Source: Antedon mediterranea
Taxonomy: Eukaryota > Animalia > Echinodermata
Direction of reading: 5' to 3'
DNA: 64,000 nt
Assembly (NCBI RefSeq): GCF_964355755.1
Contig: NC_092670.1
Coordinates: 21,872,795-21,936,794, forward strand
Each line of letters starts with the position of its first letter. Within the stretch, counting starts at the first letter, position 1. A program made the translations under genes and the position numbers. Below, piece by piece: positions 52,901-64,000 of the stretch. The notes below the pieces were generated by a model. The model was not told where the DNA came from, searched no databases, and saw nothing but the letters and a program-made list of their open reading frames with translations.

Positions 52901-55900
52901 TGATAGAAACACTTAGAAGCACTGGCACAGGTAATGTCCTCATTTTCTTATATAATATATATATATAAGTATTTATCTGGCATCTATTTCATTTATTTTA
53001 TTTATTTCTACTTATTTTCAATAATGTATTCTTCATATTGCAGATATCAGCTCTACCAAAGACCTTTTCAAAAGAAGTTCTGACCATGGTAATTTGCAAG
53101 TTGAGGTTAGAAATAGATTTATGGTTTATTATTCAGTTTAGTACTAATCATCGAGAACGGTGTATACCTGTACTCCCTTAAGCTCTGTATAAAATAAATG
53201 TGTGATGTGCCCAAATATGGTAGTGATATGATGTACTGTATGGGCACATCACATTTTTTTTTCACATCAAGTTTGATAGTGATGGACAGATCTTTACACC
53301 TATAGACATTTACAATACTTGATTTGGTCTTTTTTTAGGAAGTATCCAGTTCTCTGTCATCACCACCATCAGCCACCAAGCACCGTCCTAAACCATCAGG
53401 AATGAGGTCAGAAGAGAATGCTTTTGCAAGCCTAGGTGTCCGACCAAAACCTGCTTCCCATCCACACTTTCGAAGAGAGCATCAAGATGGGAGATTAAGA
53501 AAGACTGAAGGAGACACTACAGTTAGGCATCATCTACATACTCACCATCATTACCATGTGTCAGATGGTATGAATATTGTTCTTTAATTTGCCATAGCTT
53601 GGAATTGGAATTTCCTATCGTCATGGGCAACTGTGCATCTAATGCCAAGTTATCTATGGGCAAGTTCGACCATGTTCCTTCATTCTGTTATATCAGCACA
53701 TGGAACTAGCTGCATAGTAGACTGTGCCAATAGAAAATAATAAAATTACATACCCAGTTAACTGTACTAATAGTCACTTCCTGAGAAAACAGTAGGTAAA
53801 AACATATAATAATCATTGAATAGAAGTAACAATTATTTTATTCTATTTGTACAGACCATCAGCCTACTGAAAAGCAAACAAACGCTGGTGGAAGAAATCA
53901 AAAGATTGCGCATACCTTATCACATCCACCATCTGATGATGATGATGAGGAAGATCAACTTGCTGCCTCTAGGGTTGGCAAGCTTAGAGAAACAAGGAGA
54001 GACAGGCCTACCCCTGGACATAATAGGCTTAGCAATATTCATAGCTCTTCGGACGTATACTCTGACATAGAAAGGCCTGGAACCAGTGAAGCAGCATCAT
54101 CCACATTACATAGACACAGAGATGTAGGCTTGGACAAGCATAGACATTCCCGATACATAGCCCATGAGGATGTCAGCTCCAGCCTAGGTCAGTCAATGCC
54201 ATTACCACACAACACTATAGATGGCATGTACAATTTAAGAAGTCGTCAGAAGGTTAGTAAACAATTATTTCAATGTTCTTTTTACGAACAGCTTCTTTGT
54301 AACTAAATAGGCTGACCTCTAGAGGGCTAATTCTCCTTAATTAGAGGACCATATGTAACTTAGTTGGTGGTTTGTACTCTCTATCCTTTTCTTGTCTCCA
54401 AGATCCAATTTGTTTTGTTTTATATTTGTGTTGTCTTGTTACCAGGGAGTTCCTTCAGCTAAAAGAACGACAACCACCTCTTCACCAAGAAAAGTTGCAT
54501 TTGATGGACATGATGAGTTTGATGATGAAAATGAACTAATAGACAATGAGGAATTTGAAAGTGATAAAAATTATATATTGAACCAGTTGAAGAAAAGGCT
54601 TGTAGACAAAAAAGCTGTAAAAAGGTACAGTAGTAATAATTAATAAATTACACTTTTAAACGTCTAATACAAGTCTCCCTCTAAAGTCCTCTCTCTAGGT
54701 TTTCCAGTAGACGAAATTATTTGCGCGAATTGAAAGTGTCAGCTTATAAGCATGCGTAGAGAGGGATTTGGAAGATGGAAACATGAATATGCATGCGTAT
54801 AAGCTCGTGCTATTTTTTTTCGTGAACACAGTTGCCTAGTGGAAAATAGGCTTAATGAATAACTTTTTGCCACAGGGATCTCTTCTGTGGTTTCGTTTTT
54901 AGATAAAGAGTAACTGACCAGGGAGTTGTAAACACAACTCTCTGAACTGACTATTGATATTGATTTCAGGATTGCTGGCGATTTGTCTGAAGATTCAGAC
55001 TCTGACATATCATTACATAGCGACAGCATCGTTGACTACGATCCCACACCACGTGTTAAGCGACACCGGGTGTACTCACCCAAGCGTGAAAACAAACCAA
55101 AGAGCTCGGTTGTTAAACCTGTGCTCAAGAAAAATCATGTGCACTTTGACGATGCCTTGGACATAGAGGCTAAAGGTCAATTCAGTAAGATTCGACGAAG
55201 CATCAGAGAAGAAGGGTCAGGTCATGAACGAAAGACTAAGGTGAGGAATTTCAAATAGTTAAAATATATAACATTACAGTACTCTATCTAGAAAGACTTG
55301 TTTTGAGTTCTCAACATGCATTTTATAAATTTAGAATATTTAGAACCTAGACAAATACTCTTGTTCTTGCATTTCTTTAAGGCAATGAAAGATGTCTATG
55401 CTAAACACCTAGACCAGTTGCAGTCAGGACAGAAAGAACTTATAGATAAGAAGAAGAAAGCGTCTGAGTTACTGGTAAGGAAAGACCAGGCCTAGTGTCC
55501 ATTTCAATATTCAAATCATATTATTTGATAGTACTACTTTTTTACCATTTTTTTGTGTTGATATAATAATTGAATGAGCACCTTGATTGAATTTTACTTT
55601 GTTTTGTTTAATTTCAGGATAAAAAATACAGGAAAATACATCAAATTCCAAAAATGAAAAGATACACTGCTGCCAACAAATATACAAGTAAGATTATTCA
55701 AGTATCATTGTTGTAAAATGATATAATGAATATAGTGAATAGTTTTAAGTGTACTAATGGAATGGAGCTAATAAATGTTTGTTTTATATGCCAGCTTCAT
55801 CTGTGGTTACTAACCGTGAACGAAGCAAGGTCAAAGGTCCTGTTGGAAAGCGTAAACGTAGTGCATCCTCAAGCCCGGTTCTGGTTAGAAACAGACGACC

Positions 55901-57530
55901 ACGTAAGTTACCATAATTTGTTTTCAACCAAAATTCTAGTTCGAGAGCAGATCTTATTGTAATTCAACGCCATTATGTTTTTGCTCTAGTTGTGATCGAA
56001 GACGATGAAATGTTACCTACCGTGATGTCAGAGTTTCCCATGTTACATGTATCACCGCACACTGCACACAACATGTGGTCCAGGCAGATGCGGCAACTTG
56101 AACAACTTACAAAATCTGGCTTTAACCAATCGAGGAAAACCAAAACCCAGAGGAAGGTATGTCAATGTTAGCTTTTATTTTGCAGGGCCCTAGAAGTCAA
56201 CAGTATCGTAACAAACTACAGTAAAACAGAGTGGAAGCATGCAATTCATATGGACACATGAGCTGTATATCAACAAGAAAGTATTTATGCTTTTATTATT
56301 TTATTAGATGGAAGAAGCAGAGAAACGTCAAGAATTACTGTTGAGCATCATGCGGAAAGAGCTAGCACACAACAGACGTATGGTAAGTAGATAATTAATA
56401 AATATTGTGCTATTTGAAATATTGAGAATGTTTAGTAAGGCAACTAGAAGGTTTCATAAAATATATTTGTAACCATTGTCTCAAGACTCAAAGTATTGGA
56501 TTATTTGCAGAAAGATATTAAAGAGAAGAGGGAGCATGAAAAAGCAATGAAAGCCAAGATTCAAGAACAGCGGCAGACAACAGCCAGGGCCCGTCGCTAC
56601 TATGACCAGTTCAAGGGTCGTTCAAGTGCCAGGATGTTGAAAAGGAAAAACAGAGAGGAACAGGTAATTTAATTGATTCAACACTATTACATCATTGCCT
56701 TCTAGTTATTAGGTTTTTTATGATTTTCATTGGCAGCTCTGTTATATCTCAAATATTCTTGGTTTATTAAAAATATTGAGAACAAATTCATTTTATAAAC
56801 AATTTTTTTAATAGATTTTTAAGAAATTGTTTGAAGACGGTTTACAGATTCAGAAGAACAGAATAAGAGAACTTCGCAAATATGCAAAAGAAAAGCGAGA
56901 AGAAATGGCAGAACAGCAGCAAAATGAAATAGAATCACTTGAGAACTAGTATCCTTTGACTTTCAGTATTAAAACAGAGAAGAGACATTCGGACAAATGA
57001 CTTCTCTATCTGTTGTGAAAGGTGTTCCCGAGCTGTGTAGTACATAATTTAAAGCTCTGTCTACACTATCAAACTAGTTCTGTGATGTGCCTAAATATGG
57101 TAGTGACATCATTATGTCCATATATGGACATAATGTTTGATAGTTAGAGGATTACTTAATATTGTACACAAGTTCCTTAACATGTTTCTTTCAGCTATAG
57201 CAACCAGTTTGCAATGCTGGCAGAAGCGATTGGTCAAGAGAGGCATGACTTAGTAGTACGGGACAATGCCCAGGCAAAGGTAAAATTGACTACATTGCTT
57301 GTTACTTTCAATTTTAAAAGTAAACAACATCATATCAATCGTTAAATAACTTTCTTATCTTGAAGGTCATGGCAAAAATGAAACGTGAACTTCGTCGAAA
57401 GATGGAAACTGAAATTAAGGAATTTCAAGAAAATTTGTACAATGATGAAGATAGAGAATACTTCCGGCAGGTGGAAGCTGATAGAATGAAGAGAGAGTTG
57501 CAATTGGCAGCTTATAAAACAACACTGTGA
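49922..57530 (+). CDS. CEP95: Centrosomal protein of 95 kDa-like (multi-exon)
   Basis: N-terminus [18 protein letters not shown]...[12 protein letters not shown]...[22 protein letters not shown]...[12 protein letters not shown] and C-terminal coiled coil [10 protein letters not shown]...[28 protein letters not shown]...[15 protein letters not shown]...[20 protein letters not shown] resemble CEP95/CCDC45; TGA ends at 57530. Confidence 0.9.
50736..50827. mobile_element. MITE family A, short copy
   Basis: AGCTTTGTTTACACTATCAAACT / AGTTTGATAGTGTAGACAGAGCT, TTA on both sides. Confidence 0.75.
50855..51607. mobile_element. Possible Helentron-associated (HINE/DINE-like) non-autonomous element
   Basis: Ends with ACAGACAGACAC microsatellite then CCTTGGCGGAGGTAA, an end motif I associate with HINE-type elements; left boundary uncertain. 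Confidence 0.45.
52095..52230. mobile_element. MITE family A
   Basis: AGCTCTCTCTACAC / GTGTAGAGAGAGCT, TTA on both sides. Confidence 0.8.
53181..53293. mobile_element. MITE family A, degenerate
   Basis: AGCTCTGT start, internal GTGATGTGCCCAAATATGGTAGTGATATG, TTA flanks. Confidence 0.65.
56949..57194 (+). other. U12-type (minor spliceosome) GT-AG intron in CEP95
   Basis: 5' site GTATCCTTT at 56949, branch point TTCCTTAAC at 57173-57181, AG at 57193-57194; splicing restores ENY|YSNQF. Confidence 0.88.
57053..57150. mobile_element. MITE family A, inside the U12 intron
   Basis: AGCTCTGTCTACACTATCAAACTAG start; right TIR decayed. Confidence 0.7.
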
Positions 57531-58232
57531 AATTTAAATAAAGCGAGATGGTGAAAGATGAAAGAAAATAGTGTTGCAATTGGCAGCTTATAAAACAACA
57601 CTGTGAAATTTAAATAAAGCGAGATGAGAAAGAAAATAGTGTTGCAATTGGCAGTTTATAAAACACTGTGAAATTTGAATAAATCAAGTTGCAAACTATT
57701 GTATTTAAAGCGGTATGGTGAAACCTGAAGAAAAATGGAAGCTGATCGAATGAAGAGAGAGTTGTAATTGACAGCTTATAAAACACTGTGAAATTTGAAT
57801 AAATCAAGTTGCAAACTATTGTATTTAAAGCGGTATGGTGAAACCTGAAGAAAAATGGAAGCTGATCGAATGAAGAGAGAGTAGTAATTGACAGCTTATA
57901 AAACACTGAGTTGCAAACTATTGCATATAAAGCAGTGGTGAAACATTAAGACAAGTAGAGTTGCAATTGGCAGCTTTTAAAACAACACTGTGAAATTTAA
58001 ATAAAGCGAGATGGTGAAAGATGAAAGAAAATAGTGTTGCAATTGGCAGCTTATAAAACAACACTGTGAAATTTAAATAAAGCAAGCTTCAAACTATTGC
58101 GTCTATTATGTATGGTGGAACTTGTTGGAAAGTTTAGTTGTGCATGACAGCTTATAAAAAAAACATTGTGAAATTTGAATAAAATAAAACAGGTTGCAAA
58201 CTATTGCATATAAAGTGGTATTATGGTGAAAC
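57497..58232 (+). repeat. Complex tandem duplication of CEP95 last codons, stop and AATAAA
   Basis: About 8 copies of GTTGCAATTGGCAGCTTATAAAAC(AAC)ACTGTGAAATTT(A/G)AATAAA; two 120-bp units also repeat TGGAAGCTGATCGAATGAAGAGAGAG. Confidence 0.9.
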
Positions 58233-58749
58233 ATGGAACTCTTTCAACAATTTAGTAGATTGACATTCATTTGGTTAAATTTGTATTTATTTTAATTTAC
58301 AATATGCCTCATAATTTATACTTACATGTGACAGGATCTTCTTAAAATGTATTACTATATAGTATACTGCTGTTTTGCCTAATAATAATAAGTGAAAACT
58401 AGACATGACATTTGTCCCTGTCAATAGTATACACAGACCCATTACAGTATACAGTACCGTACTTCGTTTAAAAAACTAATGAATAATTTTATAGTCGTCA
58501 ATGTATTTATTTTGTATACAATAATTCTGTTTGGTATGTTAGAATAACATGTTAATGATTATATACTACTGTATTTTGTTTTTGCTTTTAACTTTCATTT
58601 TCAGCTGCTGTTTTTGAAATGTTTCAAACTAGAGTATTTAGTTAGAATACTTGCACTCAAGTACCTCTGGAGATGGATTCATAACTTAAAATTATTAATA
58701 TTTCTCAGATATATGCACAATTCAAGTGCTTAAGGGGTTTGAAAAAGGC

Positions 58750-59485
58750 ATGTGTACCAGTAATAATTCCAAATACCCTGAATGTGGGTTTTCCCAGATA
58801 GTTCTGACATACTTCAGGAGTCTGTATAGGCTTTGGATCAACTGGTTTGTCTATCCCCGTGTCTGGGACCAGCTTCCCAGACCATTGACATATGCTGCAG
58901 TCCTAGAAAGCCCATCAGCCTTCATTAGAAAAGTTCATATTATTTGATTCGCTGTAACTGTATTTTGTCTTTACGTCTTTTATGTGTAAACTGACTTTGG
59001 GGTTGGGTCAACCGGCTCAGCTACAGTGATTAAGTTCACTTAGCTTGACCTTGGTCTCCCCAATTTCAGTTTTTTTTTGTTTTGTATATACTTAAATAGA
59101 CCAAATAAATAATGAAATGTGTACCAGTAACAACTCCAAAATACCCTGATTGTGGGTTTTCCCAGATAGTTCTGACATACTTCAGGAGTCTGCATAGGCT
59201 TTTGATCAACTGGTTTGTCTATCCATGTGTACCAGTAACAACTCCAAAATACCCTGAATGTGGGTTTTCCCAGATAGTTACCACATACTTCAGGAGTCTG
59301 CATAGGCTTTGGATCAACTGGTTTATCTATCCATGTGTATCAGTAACAACTCCAAAATACCCTGAATGTGGGTTTTCCCAGATAGTTATGACATACTTCA
59401 GGAGTCTGTATAGGCTTTGGATCAACTGGTTTGTCTATCCATGTGTACCAGTAACAACTCCAAAATACCCTGATTGTGGGTTTCG
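58750..59485. repeat. 108-bp tandem repeat downstream of POLR3E stop
   Basis: Unit starts at 59117, 59225, 59333, 59441 (partial) and a detached copy at 58750-58856. Confidence 0.92.
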
Positions 59486-59581
59486 CAGATCTACTCATGA
59501 TTAGTTGTTATGGGTTTCCCGAGGTGCTTTTGAAGTGCTATCTGTTAAATTCCAGCCTCTCGTTTGCTCATCAAGCCTTCA

Positions 59582-61720
59582 TCAACTTGGAACAGTTCCT
59601 TTCAAATACCAGAATTGACCTCTGTGTACACACAATGACTACAAATAAATTAAATAAAACTTTCTTAAAAATAAAAAAAAAACAATGTACTTTATGTATG
59701 TGACATTGATTGATGTTTGTACTCTACACATTTTAATTAATTATGTACCTTCACAACCTTGTCCAGCTCAGCCTTGGTGGATGGTTCTTCACCTAAAATT
59801 TCTTTGAACTTTTCTGCAATACTGTTTTTACGATATTTGAATTGTACTGCAAACATATCTATCAATACTTCTCTGAACTACAAGGAAATATTTGTTATTT
59901 AATTTAATTCATAATTGATTTCATTATATTTTAATAATTTGTTACAACCGTACCAAAATTTAATTCTTTTTGTAATTATGATTTACACTGTACTATTTCA
60001 GTAAAATCGGTAGAGCCTGACTGCATGGCAACTTTGGAAGTAGCACAATACAGATTTTTTTTTTTGTTAGATATAATGTTGAAAAGAACTTTCATACTTA
60101 CTATATCAAGGTCATTTCCTATAGATCTTATTGTAAATAACTTGCAATTTCCTTTTGAATTTGGTGGCCACTGGAAAATAAATATAATCCGCATTTATAT
60201 ATTATGGAATTTTGTATTTTACCAACACTATATACTATTTATAAAATCTATATGATAAAAGTGATTTTATTTTCACGCCATTCAGGATGGAAAAAACTTT
60301 GAGAGGATTTGAACAAACTACACTGGGATTGGTAATTTTATTTTATTCCTTTCAGTAAAGACAATACAAACATAACATAAAACGTAAAAGTGGAGCACTG
60401 AGGAGAGACAGAAGCTGTCAAAGACTATCGCCAAAGGGCGTGCCTCTCCAACTCCAACATTCATACAGCATGAATAAATCAAAATCAAGCATTAATAAAT
60501 CAAAATCCAACTTACTGCAACTTTCATCTGTATAGCGCCCCCTTGAATTGCACACTGCTCTACCTGATAATCTGACAAACTTGAGGTCATTTCTCCGGGT
60601 GAGCACTCTGCGACTTTTAGCTGCGCCATTTTCTTTAAATCGTTCAACGACAAAACAGAATTTACAAGAAGCTTCTTTCGTATAAAGTTTTGAAGCTTGA
60701 TTTGCTGTGCCTCAGCATCAGTTGCTGTGCTCTCTGTTGAATTGTTCTCTGTTGCTGTGCTCTCTGCTGCTGTGTTCTCTGCTGCTGTGTTCTTTTCTGT
60801 TGTGTTCTCTACTGCTGTGTTCTTTTCTGCTGTGTTCACTGTTGATGTGTTGGCAATATCAGTTTTCTCTTGTGACTCTGTTTTAATTTTGGTTGTCTTT
60901 TGTGTGTTGACTCGACTGCTGACCTCCATTGGTTCTGATTTTGATTGTGACTTTGTTCGTGAACGGGAGCGATTTCCTGTAATTCAGTAGATGATAAATA
61001 AACTTTTAATAATCTATATATAATAAAAACTTTGATTTTGATTATGTTTATAGTTACAAAATGTCCGCTGTAAGGTCTCAAATTATGTCATGCATTGTTC
61101 TTGCTTTCTGCCTTAACATGATGTGAAAAAATGTAGCCCATTGAGCAATTTTATTCCCTAGTTTGATTAAAATATACAAAGTTTATAATAAAATACCTTG
61201 GGATTCTTTAGACTTTTTCTTGTCGGCATCTTTTGAGAACTTCAAAACTTTTTGAAGTCTGTGATAGCAAAATAACAATAAAAATCACATTATGAATGAT
61301 ATAACAAGCAATGTTCTGTACAACCTCAATTCTTTTCTTTTTTATTTGTACAATAAATGATTTCTTAGATTAAGCTTCTTTTTTGCTATGGATTTATTAT
61401 GTCATCATGGTATTCCTAAATAAATGATGAATGAATGAATGTTTAAAAAGGTTTTGTAGTGATTTATGGGTTTTGGCCAGCATGAAGAAATTAACATTTT
61501 ATTATCCCATCCCGTTTTGGGAAAAGTTTATTTTGCACTGTGCATTATACTATCACACATACTGTTGAAGTTTGGCATCCCAAAGCATTCGTTGCCTCTG
61601 TACAACATCAGGGTTCGAATTGATAAAGTGCTCGTCCTTTATGTACGCAAACTCCCAGCCGAGGCGGGTTACAGGTTTTGAGACTTGAGATAAGATCTCT
61701 TTAACATCGTCATCAGGAAG
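59582..61720 (-). CDS. POLR3E: RNA polymerase III subunit RPC5, 3' exons (gene continues beyond window)
   Basis: Approx. exons 61720-61563, 61258-61197, 60977-60516, 60170-60102, 59877-59749, 59638-59582; LPDDDVKEIL...GWEF...PDVVQRQRMLW and C-terminal CVHRGQFWYLKGTVPS* resemble RPC5. Confidence 0.88.
60710..60845 (-). repeat. 15-bp coding minisatellite in POLR3E linker
   Basis: Encodes NTAEK/NTAVE/NTAAE/STATE pentapeptide repeats in frame. Confidence 0.8.
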
Positions 61721-61790
61721 CTATAAATGGACAAATATAAAAAACAAACATTTTGCTATAAAAAGTTATGGAGTCTATCATGCGGCAACT

Positions 61791-62127
61791 ATTAAGAACA
61801 ATATGGAAACATGATGGTAGGCTTGGCGGTTATAATGCTTTGTTATTAACTTATGGGTTCTGGGTACGAATCTTGTCTAGTGCTAGAATTTGGCTGTAGA
61901 AACTTAAGAACAGTATGGGAAAATGATGGTAGGCTTGGCGGTTATAATGCTTTGTTATTAACTTATGGGTTCTGGGTACGAATCTTGTCTAGTGCTAGAA
62001 TTTGGCTGTAGAAACTTAAGAACAGTATGGGAAAATTATGGTAGGCTTGACGGTTATAATGCTTTGTTATTAACTTATGGGTTCTGGGTACGAATCTTGT
62101 CTAGTGCTAGAATTTGGCTTTAGAAAC
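61791..62127 (+). repeat. 112-bp tandem repeat x3 with tRNA/SINE-like core
   Basis: Units recur at 61811, 61923, 62035; contain B-box-like GGTACGAATC. Confidence 0.85.
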
Positions 62128-62230
62128 ATACGAAACAGCAATTTATAGCGAAGTATTTGAGTGAGTATTTGCTTGATATTGCTAGCATGCCTGGGTGTTA
62201 GGTGACAAGACTTGGAAAAAATCTATATTA

Positions 62231-64000
62231 TAACTAGAATTTAATTCGTCACTTTGACGAATTATAGGTGATCATTTTTATCCTTTTAATGAAATTAACA
62301 CTTTTTAAACATGCACGTACGTTAACATACGATCGTTAAAAGTTGATGTACGCCATCCTATGACATGATGCATACACTTATAGTGCTGAGTTGTGCCTAT
62401 TATATGCCATATGTACAGTATTATACTGTATATCTATATACAGTGTAGCATAGGTGAAATTACGGAACACACATCATGTTCTAATTTGTTGGTATGATGG
62501 AATTATCAAAATAAACTCAAAGATGACAATTTCGAAAGATAATGAATTGAGCAAATAAATATAAGAATTTGAAGAGAATCTGGCACGTAGAAGCGCTGTG
62601 CGCGCTCTTTGAAATTTGTATAACTTTGACGAAAAAGATCAAAAAACTACTTTTTAACTTCATCTGGCCATATTTTAACGTCACAACATCCGATAGGCTT
62701 GGTTTTTATATGAATTCATATCTACATTTCATCAGCTTTCATAATAAATTATAATCATCAAGATAACCTTCAATTCTGAAGAGCTGTAAGATATTCAAAT
62801 TTACGGCGAAGGTGAAATTACACGACCTACGTTATTAAGTTTTTACGCGTGATGACGTCATCAAAATGAAAATGTTGACAACATATGAGAAAGATAAATA
62901 ATTAAGCAAGCACACACTGAAATTTGTGCAAAAATCGAGCTCAAATAGCGGAGATGCGCGCAATTGAATGTGATAACCTACACAAAACGGAAAAAAATCC
63001 TAATTTTTAAATTCAAGTGGCCATTTGATGACGTAATACTATTTTGTACGTCTAATGTGTATATACATTTATATCTACAACTCATTTGCTTCCATATTAA
63101 GTTAAAAAAATTGGGGGTCATCTTTCATTCTGAAGAGTTATATTCATTTTAAAAAGGCCCTACTTTTTACCATTTTTAGCACTTTTGTACAATTAATGTG
63201 CGCATTTTGTCATTTTTAACGTGCTCGTATAGCGTTATTTTAAGTCTGAATGGACTCAAAGTCGGAGATTGTACTAAGGATTATGAGTAGAATGTGATGT
63301 ATACATCAAATTTTATTTTTTACGCTTTTTAAAAATCCCGTGCGCAAAAATATATTTTTGCGCAGTAATTTTTTAAAACACGCAAATGGCCTATTTCATG
63401 CTCTAAATTGATCAAAACTTAATTTTGAGCTTTTTAAAATTTTAACGCGCGATTTCACGTGCATAACCTTGAAACACGTAAGTTTTTATTTGTTAATATT
63501 TTTACCCTTCACCTGAAGTTTACGTATAGTGAATTTTATTGATATGTGATAAAGAGTTATGGAGATATGATTGATAATGTGATTTCACAAAATCGCGTAT
63601 ACGTGACGTCACGGTTGAGTGATCACGCTGAAAAGCTTATTATGGCTAAGTTAAAGTATTTGAAAGACATTGTGAAATTTTTGTGATCATTGTTATTCAA
63701 CTTTTTGAGATAATTGCTAAACAAAAAGTGTACAGAAAGAAGAATAATAACAATAATAACTAGAATTTAATTCGTCACTTTGACGAATTATAGGTGATCA
63801 TTTTTATCGCTTTACTGACATTAATATTTTTTAAACATGCACGTACGTTAACATACAATAGGAAAATGTTGATGTATACCATCCTGTTATACGCTTATAG
63901 TGCGGAGTTGTGCCTATTATGTGTCATATACAATATGTACAGTATATACTGTATATCTATATACAGTGTAGCATAGGTGAAATTACGGGACCCACATCAT
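62231..64000 (-). mobile_element. Tandem Helitron/Helentron-like non-autonomous element (~1526-bp unit; second unit truncated by window)
   Basis: TAACTAGAATTTAATTCGTCACTTTGACGAATT at 62231 and 63757; on minus strand a 9-bp-stem hairpin followed by CTAG; (TTA/TTC)-rich other end. Confidence 0.6.

Noticed and set aside
57610-57906. 98-aa minus-strand repeat ORF
   Set aside because: Antisense translation of the 120-bp duplications in the CEP95 3' region.
59040-59504. 36-aa repeat ORFs on both strands
   Set aside because: By-product of a 108-bp unit; one minus-strand copy has a stop; no splice or homology support.

Overview
AT-rich, intron-containing animal (invertebrate-type) genomic DNA; no prokaryotic features. 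Genes from left to right: 5' exons of a minus-strand gene with an EF-hand-like N-terminus (continuing leftwards, downstream exons not found), TEDC2-like (-), RPSA (-), PDXDC1 (-), CEP95 (+, head-to-head with PDXDC1) and the 3' part of POLR3E (-, convergent with CEP95). Gene names come from my recognition of spliced translations, not from a database search. Best-supported highlights: (1) four near-identical H/ACA snoRNA copies in four consecutive RPSA introns, whose guide pockets match the two LSU rRNA peptidyl-transferase-region sites of yeast snR34 / human SNORA65; (2) a 3.86-kb foldback AcademX-type transposon whose inverted arms contain the decayed nuclease gene; (3) a U12-type intron in CEP95; (4) a young Rex1/Babar-like LINE inserted into a 20-bp minisatellite; (5) tandem amplification of the CEP95 stop codon/poly(A)-signal region; (6) TAGGCCTA palindromes clustered just downstream of most gene starts. 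Many MITEs, some nested, and a tandem Helitron-like element are also present. I do not see evidence for a wholly new multi-gene system.
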